From Spongospora subterranea f. sp. subterranea (Eukaryota), in contig JAUGWO010000120.1 of the NCBI GenBank assembly GCA_049724395.1, positions 1 through 64,000 of the forward strand: 64,000 nt of DNA. Direction: 5' to 3'. Both the position numbers and the translations under genes were made by a program. The stretch's first letter is position 1, and each line of letters begins with the position of its first letter. Of the stretch, positions 53,690-64,000 are shown piece by piece. Under the pieces are notes generated by a model, which worked only from the letters and a program-made list of their open reading frames with translations, was not told the origin of the DNA and made no database searches.

Positions 53690-55560
53690 AGAATGGTTCA
53701 GGGTTATCGGAATCGAGGATCACGGGAGGCGGTGGCGGCTGAATACGCTCTGGAATAACATCCTTTCGATATGGTGATAGCAGTGCGGCGTGGAAGGCAT
53801 TGTGGAGCTTGGACGTGTTAGGCAATGATAACCAATGATCTCGGTTGTCATAAAGGGGCCAAGATTACGACTGCTTAATTTAGCACTAGGACGGTTGTTG
53901 GAGTTTAACCACACCATATCGCCTACAGCGTAGTTCGGGTGCGGTACTCGTTTTTTGTTTGCAAAATGCTTCATATCTCGGGATGCGCCTTGGAGCTGTG
54001 CCGTAAGGAATCGTCGTACATTGTTGATGTGATTCGCGCGATCGTCAGCCAAAGGGTGAACCAGGACGGAACACTTCGTAGCATCGTCACATCGGAGATG
54101 GGATTCCGTAAACTGAATAAAAGGGCGTGGTATTCGGGGCTAAATGTTCGGCGTTGCTGTAAGAGAACTCGGCCAATGGCAATAAGTTCACCCAATAGCC
54201 TTGTTGAAAAATAGTGCAGCAAGGAAGGTACTGCTCAAGAGTCTGATTTACTCTCCCGGTCTGTCCCCATCAGTCTCTGGATGTCGCGACGAAGCAAGCT
54301 CCCGAGTAATCTTGAGCCGATCGAGGAGTTGCATTCAAAACTCGGAAAACAAATTGAGGTCCGCGGTCAGAAATAATTTCATCTGGGAGTCCATGGAATT
54401 TTAAAACGTTGTGCACTACGTTGTGCACTAAATAGTAAGTCGACCAGAGCTTCTCCCGTTATCGATTCTTTATACGGAATTATCATGACACGTTTTCGAG
54501 AAACGATCCACCACAACTAAAATCGAATCATAACCCCGAGGCTTCGGCCATTTTCCAATAAAATCCATTGTGATGGAACGCCAAATGTCGTCTGCAATCG
54601 ACAACGGGCAGAGCAACCCGTGTGGTCGATGCCGACTCGTCTTCGCTCGACAACAAATATCACAGGACTTACTGTATCTCTTGATGAAGTTGCCCATTCC
54701 AGGCCACCAACAATCGCGTCGTACCGAGTTGATTGTCTTGGCAATCCCATAATGGCCACTGGACGGAGCATCATGACGTGCCTTCAGTATATCGAGTTTG
54801 CAATCCGAGAATCCTTGACCAACGGGCTTGCCGACGACTAAGGGTCTTGGATAATTGAAAATCAAGTTCTGCGATCGCTGTATACGGTAATTACGTGCTG
54901 TGAGCCATCCAGGAAATGACGCCAAGCTACGAAGGCCCCCACGATAGCCAACAGCTCCTTTGTTCTTGAAACGTCGTAGTTTATGCTGGTGCAGACAAGT
55001 TTCTGGAATAGAGCGCAATTGGGTGTAGTTTTCCATCGAGTAGTGGCTGAACAGGACGCATCCCAACGCAAAGTCTGAAGCATTCGTCTGGACACCGATT
55101 CGCAACGTTGGGATGGTGGGGGCGGTGGTAAACGAATCCTTCAATGTAGTGAATGCGGATTCGGCCTCTTTGGACCAAATAAGTGGTTGACCTTTCTTCG
55201 TTGAGGTAGTTGGAGTTGAAGATACTTTTGCGAAGTCCACAATGAATTCTCGGAAAAATTTGCGAACCCGAGGAAACTTTGCACACAAGTTAGCGATGAG
55301 GGGTGTCGCCCACTCTAATACAGTAATACTGTACCAAGTTTGCTCGGATCCATCATTATTCCATCAGCATTTACTAGATAATCTAGGAATTCGACCTCAG
55401 CATCAAACCCATTTTTCCAGCTTGGCAAACAGTCCTGCTGATCGCAATTGTGCAAGAACTAGTCGGACGTGACGTGCGTGCTGTTCTTGGACTTGTGAGA
55501 TACGAGAATATCATCATGGTAAACCAAAGCGAATTTGTCCAGGTACTGACGAATGCCTCG
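53690..55560 (-). mobile_element. Degenerate Ty3/gypsy RT-RNase H-integrase remnant
   Basis: QTNASDFALG; KELLAIV; HDAPSSGHYG...CDIC; ITMDFI...ILVVVDRFSK; GPF motif. Confidence 0.9.
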
Positions 55561-56124
55561 AGTCATTCGCGGGGCTGTGCCAGGTCGAAAATCGAATTGT
55601 TCAATTGGAATCATACCATGGGATTATTTGAGAAATTCAAATGATTCCTGTACATAATAACATAAAGAAATTGTGAACCATGGTAATTTGAGTATAAGAA
55701 TCCTGTAGCACGGTGAACCAGAAACCAGGAACCGAAAATAATCTAATGCCCGGGAAAAAACTAATCACAAATTATCACGAACGTATTTCAAGTGTTTCAT
55801 ATAGTACCGTAATCACAAAAAATTAAATAAGACAAAGTCAGCCACGATCCTCAACACGAAATGACAAACGAATAGCTTTACTGTCTGAACCGTGGCGTAA
55901 GATGGCACCGAGGGAATCGACCATGAGCCCTATGGTAGATTTGGGTACTCCTACACATCTGGCCTCAAATGCCGAACCTAATCATAAAAAGTATATCAAA
56001 CAAAGTCAGCCACGATCCTCGAAGTAGTCTATTGACCAATGGGGGGGGGGGGGGGACCATGGTGATCCTGTTGAAAAATGCAGTTTCAAACGCCAACAGT
56101 TTATCAAATTAGCGCTGCAATAAT

Positions 56125-59100
56125 TCAACAATCCTTGATGACACTGGGCAATTGTTTTGAGGCATCAATTGGGGTGCCAGTTTTAGGGATGTCGCATATC
56201 ATCTTTAAAGAGGCAACGAGATCGTCCCTGCATATGCGTCAGATTAGCACAAATAGTCGAGTTCTTTAACCCGGCCAAGACCAACCGCTTTGTAGGCTCT
56301 GCCCAATCGTCCCTGCATATAGGTCAAACAATCCTTGATGACACTAAGCCATTGTTTTGAGGCATCAGTTTTAGGGATGTCGCATATCATCCTTAAAGAG
56401 GCAACGAGATCGTCCCTGCACATGCGTCAGATTAGCACAAATAATCGAGTTCCTTAACCAGGCCAAGACCAACCGCTTTGTCGGCTCTGCCCAATCGTCC
56501 CTGCATATACGTCAGATTAGCACAAATAATCGAGTTCTTTAACTAGGCCAAGACAAACCGCTTTGTCGACTCTGCCCAAACGAGAGCAATTTTCGCAGAT
56601 TTCTTCCACCGATTGATCATGTCGTCAGCGAATATAACAGAGATTACATCGATCGGCCTGGGAGTTCAAATCAGCCACATTCAATGTGTAGGACAACATG
56701 TGAGGAAGCTACAGGCGACGATGAGCTAAATGTTGAATCAGACCGGAATACAAGGGAGGTGTCATCCCATTTTGGAGAAAATGTAACTTTGGCATATTCC
56801 TCACCGCGTTGACTATCTCAATGATCGCCTCATGTCTGTGAGATCCCGTTCAGTTATTTTGACAAATGAAAAATTTGAACAGTTCAGAATACCGTTTATT
56901 CTGTATAGCGAGGTCCAGTGCCGTCTCCCCATTATTATCAGGAATCCTGGGATCGGCTTCGTGTTTTAGAAGAAATTTGAGGGGTTCGACAGAACATTCA
57001 TGTGTAATAGCGAGGTGGACAGCAGATTGCCCACAACGGTTCCTGCTATTGATGAAGTTCAACATCGACTCACGGGTCATAACTCTGTCCCTGTGATCAA
57101 ATCAGCGATTTCAATCATTCCGTCCGACACACCAGTTCACAATAAATACCGGCCATTTTGAATCAAATTTGGACTTGACCATACTTGTTGCCTCACCGCA
57201 GTAATTATTGCAGAAATATAGTTTACACCTCTATGAGATCTCGATCAGTTATTTGATAAATGAACAATCTGAACAGTTTAGTATACCGTTTACACATTAT
57301 TGCGACTGCCAGTGCAGTGTTGCTGAGATAACCAACAATCCTGTTCCTGCTATTGATGAATTCCAACATCGACTCACGGGTCATAACTCTGTCCCTGTGA
57401 TCAAATCAGCGATTTCATTCATTCCTTCCGACACACCTGTTCACAATAAATACCTGCCATCTTGACCCAAGTTTGGGATTGGCAACACTGAGGGGCCCGT
57501 CATCTCATTCTGTCCCAGATTATGCATAAGTTGTTGCCTCACCGCAGCAATTATTGAGGAAATAAAATTTACACCTCTATGAGATATCGACTGGTTATTT
57601 GATAAATGAACAACTTGAACAGTTCAGTATACCGATTACACTTTATTGCGGCTGCCAGTGCAGTGTTCCCATGACTATCACAAATCCTGGGATCGGCTCC
57701 ATTATTTAACAAACATTGGACGGTTTCGAGAGAAGAATTCAAGAGTTGTAATAGCGATGTGGAGAGCAGAATGTCCAGAAGGGTTCCTGTTATTGATGAA
57801 TTCCAACATCGACTCACGGGTCATAACTCTGTCCCTGTGATCAAATCAGCGATTTCATTCATTCCTTCCGACACACCTGTTCACAATAAATACCTGCCAT
57901 CTTGACCCAAGTTTGGGATTGGCAACACTGAGGGGCCCGTCATCTCATTCTGTCCCAGATTATGCATAAGTTGTTGCCTCACCGCAGCAATTATTGGAGA
58001 AATATAATTTACACCTCTATGAGATATCGACTGGTTATTTGATAAATGAACAACTTGAACAGTTCAGTATACCGATTACACTTTATTGCGGCTGCCAGTG
58101 CAGTGTTCCCATGACTATCACAAATCCTGGGATCGGCTCCATTATTTAGCAAACATTGGACGGTTTCGAGAGAAGAATTAAAAGTTGTAATAGCGATGTG
58201 GAGAGCAGAATGTCCACGAGGGTTCTTGCTATTGATGAATTCCAACATCGACTCACGGGTCATAACTCTGCCCCTGTGATCAAATCAGCGATTTTAATCA
58301 ATCCTTCCAACACATGTGTTCACAAAATACCGGCCATCTTGACCCAAGTTTGGACTTGAACATACTGAGGGATCCGTCATCACATTCTGTATATTTTGTC
58401 GCCTCGCCGGAGTAATTATTGCAGAAATAATATTTACCCCTCTGTGAGATCTCGATCAGTTATTTGATAGATGAACAATTTGAACAGTTTAGTTTACCGT
58501 TTATACATTACTGCGAGGCCAAGTGCTGTGTTCCCATGACTATCACAAATCTTGGGATCGGCTCCATTATCTAACAGCAATTCGACAATATCGACAGACC
58601 AATTTGCTGCAATAGCGATCAAAAAAGCAGATTGTTCACGATTGTTCTTGAGATTGATGAAGTTCGACATCGCCTTCGCCTCAGGGATGATATCTCGGTC
58701 CCTATGAGATCAAATCAACAGTTTTGATCATTTCGACAAGCGTGTTCACAATATATACCGGCCATCATGAAGCAAGTTTGGACTTGAACACGAAGAGGGG
58801 TCCGTCATCACATTCTGGCCCAAAGTATTGATAGAATGTTGCCTCGCCGCATCAATTATCATAAAAATCACTGCAACGAAAGACCGGCACTGTTCTAATG
58901 CCAAGGTCAGTGCTGTACCCTTATATTTATCAGTGATAAAGGGATTGGCGAATTTCAACAGCACCTCAATGACATCGGCTCTAAAAAACAGTAGTAATTA
59001 TTGACAGGGATCAGCCTTAAACAGAATGTACGGCCAACCTCTTATGGTAAACTGCCAGATGGAGTGCAGTTGCACCAACATTGTCCTGGAGGTCAATATC

Positions 59101-59675
59101 CTGCGGTTCAATCTTGTCCAAGATCATGATCACGACGGTTTTGCTATGGAGGTTTCAGATAATATGTGGTAATACATACTGAGGAGTATATTACTGTCCC
59201 CGGTAGGAGGCGATATGCAATGCAGTATTGCCATGACTATCCTTTATCAACAGATTGGCCCTTCTCTCTATCAGAATCTCAGCGACATTTGTCCTATTGT
59301 TATATCAGTAAGGTCAAACCGAATCAAAATCAACTCGAATTTACTGGTCGTAGTAAAGTGCCAAATTGATAATAGTAGTGGAGCGGTAAGTGCTTGCATT
59401 CAAATTGTTCCAATAATACCGCGCACGAGGGTGTCCATCAATGGCATACAAAACATTGATACACTCGTCATCAATCCTGCGGGCCAATTCCTCAGCTCTT
59501 TGTTCTCTGTATACTCCGATTAGTATTTCAATTGTTAAACAATTGTCTATACCAACTTATTGATAATTGCCTTATGTAAGTCTTTGAAAACTTGCGATGT
59601 TTGGCATTCGATTGAGGAACCAGATCCCAATGCTACCAGTAGGAGCAGCACACCTGAAAACAGTACTTTTGACAT
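56125..59675 (-). CDS. Secreted ankyrin-repeat protein (candidate effector), multi-exon, copy B
   Basis: MSKVLFSGVLLLLVALGSGSSIECQTSQ; same exon/intron layout as 7993-11415; ANK exons GHSALHIAI...GADPRICDSHGNTALAAAI in ~440-bp tandem modules; final ...PSVIKDC*. Confidence 0.8.
57343..58300. repeat. ~440-bp near-identical tandem duplication of the ANK exon-intron module
   Basis: The sequence at 57361 recurs at 57801 and about 58240. Confidence 0.9.
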
Positions 59676-59897
59676 CCTCGTTGATAGAATGACCAATCAA
59701 GTATGGCGACGATTGAGCCATGTCCGTAGCAGATAGTTTGACCTCTCTGCGGACCGCGACGGCTTGCGATGTGCAGTCAGGGTGTCTACACTGTGTCGAC
59801 AGGTAGCCCCCGTAGACGGAGGAATTTATACAGTGTAGCGATCACCTTAAACCGACAATTCCGTGACTGTACGCGGCCTATCCCCTAAACCGCGTTG

Positions 59898-61126
59898 AAC
59901 CACGCGAGATGTTTGGACACTCGCACAACAGGGTACACTAATGACTGTGACACAGTCTAATAATCCAAAGATATACTTTGCACTGAGCGCGGTGGATGAG
60001 GGTTGCGGATCACGGCATTTGCCAGATCGATCGATTGTTAGTTCTGTTCTCTCTTCATCAAATTCCAGATCTATAGTCTGTCCATTCTTCTCTTACTTCT
60101 CTTGTGTCTTCTGTTGCAGTTTCAACAATGTTCCAGGTGGTGATTATATTCAACATATGCAATCATTAACGGTTCAATTATCTCTGTTTGTGTTTGTTTA
60201 GTCAACTATCGCCTAGCACTTATGCTGCCGTCGCTCAGATGGCTGTATGGGAAAGGGTTTTGGCTCTAATCGCATACTGTTCATCACTTTGACTCCTCTA
60301 TAGCGATTCACCAGTAATCGCTGTTTCTCCCCGGTTGTCGGATGTATTAGACAGCGCCCCTGTTAATACGATGTATTCTATTAGCTTTGGTGTCATAATC
60401 GTTCATTAATACTTGTAATTAGTGGTTGTTAATCGCAAATTCGTGCGTCCGGTGATGTTTATCCAGACGATAATGTCTTTGTTAATACGAGGTATACCAA
60501 TAGCTGTTTTGTCGTTAATGGTTTATTAATACTTGTAATCAGTGGTTGTTAATCGCAAATTCGCGCGTCCGGTGATGTTTATCCAGGCAATAATGCCTCT
60601 GTTGATGAGAGGTGTACCAATAGCTTTTGGCCTCATAATCGTTTATCTTGTTCCGTCCCGACACGTCTTTTTCCAAAACGTCAAAATCGAACGCACTGCG
60701 AGTGCATTAAAAATATCAAAGTACGCCAGTCACTTTATTTTTGAACGAAGGATGAACAAAATTATAAATGCATTATGTTATTTAAGTGTTTCATTCATTA
60801 ATTAGCGTGCGTGATTTGAAAAAATATCGTTTACATAATAGATGCTCGAGCAAGTTTGATACAAATGCTGATCCTCCATTTGAACATGAAATAAAATAGA
60901 GTAGTTTGCGATGGAGTTCCGAAGAAATCACAGGGCATTTGATGTTGACGCTTTCGAAAAGACGTCTCGGCAAATCATAGTTAACCAGTTTCCGAGAGAT
61001 CCATACCACAGTACCTATACTGAAGGTCCATGGAACGCACTGTGCGATATAGTTTTGCAATGATTTGACTGTGTCACAGTCATTAGTGTACCTTATTGTG
61101 CGAGTGTCCAAGCATCTCGCGCGGTT
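59898..61126. mobile_element. Non-autonomous element with ~64-bp terminal inverted repeats and an internal 120-bp tandem repeat (about 60340-60650)
   Basis: 59898-59961 is the near reverse complement of 61063-61126; agtggttgttaatcgcaaattcg recurs at 60421 and 60541. Confidence 0.65.
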
Positions 61127-61185
61127 GAACCGCGCGCGGTAGAAAAAAGCCACCGGACTGTACGGCACCTCTTCACTATCTAGTA

Positions 61186-62869
61186 CTCCCTCAGTTCGGA
61201 AATAAGAGTCCCATTTTATGATTCTTTCAGGTCAAGCTTTTATCTGCTTGATTTAGTATGGCAGCATCGCACAATAACGAGTCCGGAAGTATTCCTTTCT
61301 CAAAAGAGTTGCCTTTCCCATATGTGGGAGCTTGTAGTGGTTTCCTCCATTGATTTTCAAAATTTCTACCATGCATCGCTGAAGTGTCAAAAACGTACTC
61401 CCTCCGTTCAGAAATGATAGTCCGATTTGCGGATTTTTTTTATTCAGATATGATAGTCCGATACCATATCGGAGAAACAAAAGCTTGAACATCAGCAAGT
61501 TGGACCATTTCTTTGTCATTGCAGCCCTAGCCATTCAGCAATTGTTTAGCATTCTCCATCGCTTGCTGGTCGCAAATCAACGATATTGGCAGGTTACCAG
61601 CTAATCGTAATTTGTCTTTGCCAATGTGAGCAAGCGCATACCGGTTACAGCCACCTATTTTCATGGTCGATTCCATTGCCATGTGCATAGAAAGAAAAAC
61701 ATTGTCAAGTTTTTCGATGGGCGTTTCAATAAAAGCAGTTTCCACAGCTTCGATGAGCTCGTCAATGTTTTTTGGGGCTGTTTGATGCTGTAATGCTTGA
61801 ATGGAATTGAAAAATCCAAGATCCAGAACATTGAAATCTGGGCTGTTGGGTGGGTGGCATGATAATGAAATGTTCCAACCTGAAGATGTTCCAGCTTCTA
61901 TTATGACCGGATCGTCCATCTTAGCGTGTGGACGCGCGTTATCCTGCTGGATTTTGATATGCATGTCTTTGCTTCCAACTGGCCATTTTTCCTTGATAGA
62001 CGGGACGCGGTTTTCAATTTTGTGAGGTTTTTAGTTGCGCGGCCGCACTGCAAATGTTCTTACCTATTGATAGCTATAAATAGGGCCAATTTACTCTTGA
62101 GGAGGCTGCTCTATGACTTTCCAAAACAAGGGTTGTAAATGGTTGCGGGAGAACGACCGGTAGGGCGCCAATTCCTGGTTATTTTAACTTTGAATCATGC
62201 CAGTAGATGCGGAACGAGGAAAGCGACCCAACGCTACTAACAGCGAGCGAAACGGGGTACTGCAGGCGTTGTTAAGGCAGTCAAAAGAAAGCACTCTAAA
62301 AATGGGGACAATAAAGGAAGTTGCTGCGGCTTTCAAACTTTCTACCAAATCGGTGTCCAGAATTTGGAAAAGAGCAAAAGAATGCTTTAACAACGGTCAA
62401 GTTTTCGCTGACGTCAGCTCTAGAATAAAAGGCAGATCGGGTAAAACGAAAATGTGCAGAGGGGAACTGAAGAGAAAAATCCAACAGGTTCCTTTAAGAC
62501 AGAGAGGAACTCTAGCAGTACTTTCCAAAGCATCTGGAATTTCAATCGGAACATTGTTTAATCTCAAATCAGAGGACAATTTGAAGAGAATTTCCAGTAC
62601 AGTTAAGCCAACGCTTACGGAAGAAAACAAGAAAAAGAGGCTTCAATTCGCGCTCTCCTTGCTCTGCCCAAACTCAAACACATTTCAAACCATGTACGAT
62701 TACGTCCATGTTGATGAAAAATGGTGAGTTTGGGCAGAGCAAGGAGAGCGCGAATTGAAGCCTCTGTTTCTTGTTTTCTTCCGTAAGCGTTGGCTTAACT
62801 GTACTGGAAATTCTCTTCAAATTGTCCTCTGATTTGAGATTAAACAATGTTCCGATTGAAATTCCAGAT
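61186..62869. mobile_element. Nested, rearranged DD39D mariner (Stowaway-related) elements
   Basis: TA|CTCCCTC TIRs at 61186 and 61398. QQDNARPH...PPNSPDFNVLD with 39 residues between the Asps (-, 61527-61964). N-terminal half ending VHVDEKW on the + strand (62197-62724). Confidence 0.9.
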
Positions 62870-63016
62870 CCTGCGCCGCTGCGTTGGTACCCGACGTCGC
62901 TCCATTGGTACCCGACTCCGCTCAGGTGGTATCTGGTACCGCTGCGTTGGTACCCTGCGCCGCTGCGTTGGTCGCCCCCCCTCGCTCCATTGGTACCCGA
63001 CTCCGCTCCGTTGGTA
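62870..63016. repeat. Degenerate 21-bp tandem repeat (about 7 units)
   Basis: Units such as cctgcgccgctgcgttggtac and ccgactccgctccattggtac; the minus strand reads GYQRSG(A/V). Confidence 0.8.
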
Positions 63017-63699
63017 GCCGGCCCCGGTCACCTCCCGCCGGAGTCTGCTTCGTTTATCGACCTTTCCGGTGTATCCTCAGATTTATTTTTCAGGATACAG
63101 GACACGATCCTGATGATGCTCAAGAACTGCAATTTCTTGCGCCTTTCGGCTTTTATAAGGCGGAAAATCACGATGCAGGCTTTGTCAGCATTTTGAGTTT
63201 CGAATCAGTCGTCCTTTCGTAAATGATTGGGTTACCATCATCAAAGACGTCCGAAATTTAAAGGCTCGCCTTGAAGGCCGATGAAACGATGCTGTTCGTA
63301 CTGATGTATACCTCATGGCGTTGCAGGAAGAGAACTATAAACCAGTCCTGATATATAAGCGTAGGTTTACACAACGTTCAAATTTTACTGTCATTGATTT
63401 GATATTGACCGCCGATCAGCTGCTGGAATCGCAGACGAGACAGAATTTGGATTCCTTCGCGAAGAGTTCTTCCTTGTTATTAAGACCAAGTTTATGAGCG
63501 AAATGTTCATTAGTTACGTGTAATTGGAGATTTCTCGTATTTTCTACTCCTATGTGATTGCATATGATTGTTGTCAATACATTTCTATAAATCTGAATTT
63601 TTTCTTGTGCATCGCCTATCAGTAGATCTGGATCAACAAACCTTTTTTTTTTATAGAGCTAATCCTTTGCTATCTCGCCTTACTGAGCTACATTATCTG

Positions 63700-64000
63700 G
63701 TAGATATGGGGAGCGTGTCATGGTGATCGACTCAACCCACAACACTAACCAATATGGTTGTAAGCTTATCACGATCTCTGTTGTCGATTCCTCGAATAAC
63801 AGAGGCTACCTAACGTGTTCTGTATTAGCTCGCGAAAGAATGCTAAAGCTTTGGCGGCACTGTGGAAAGGTTGATGATAAGCCAAACCATTAAACCACAG
63901 GACGTTGACTAGAAAATGGGCAGATCAAGTATCCAGTGTTTAAGCCAAAAATACTGTTGCAAGACGACATCGTCGTGCCGTTGAATGGTGCTAGGACAGT
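63700..64000 (+). mobile_element. Mutator (MULE) transposase remnant
   Basis: RYGERVMVIDSTHNTNQYGCKLITISVVDSSNNRGY (DxTxxTNxY MULE motif). Confidence 0.75.

Noticed and set aside
53150..55560. One gypsy element split by an inversion
   Set aside because: Both fragments contain the YxDD region, so they derive from two separate copies.
56041..56055. G15 run as a functional G-quadruplex
   Set aside because: The paralogous site in copy A has only a short C-run; the length is probably slippage or sequencing error.

Overview
Eukaryotic genomic DNA (about 45% GC by eye, many 50-80 nt GT-AG introns). Centrin, a TTLL glutamylase and secreted ankyrin proteins suggest a flagellated protist parasite, possibly a plasmodiophorid; this taxonomic guess is inference only. 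A central block (about 13.5-49 kb) carries housekeeping genes: TTLL6/13-like, nardilysin-like M16 peptidase, ANK-RING E3, OGDH E2/DLST, TMEM33-like, ArsB-family transporter, HINT, centrin-3 and ALG2. It is interspersed with, and flanked by, many decayed or nested transposons (Ty3/gypsy, Ty1/copia, pogo, PIF/Harbinger, DD39D mariner, CACTA, MULE). The most notable structure is a pair of inverted paralogous genes (7993-11415 + and 56125-59675 -) encoding signal-peptide ankyrin-repeat proteins. They are built from phase-2 exon/intron modules (about 430-440 bp ANK modules and an 85-bp intron+27-nt micro-exon array) whose copy number and order differ between the paralogs. Also notable: a shared ~70-aa header domain joined to an alpha-kinase in one gene and to an unrelated C-terminus in another, and several TE-derived long hairpins. 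Homopolymer indels in conserved genes suggest some frameshifts are assembly errors. Exon boundaries and coordinates were read by eye.
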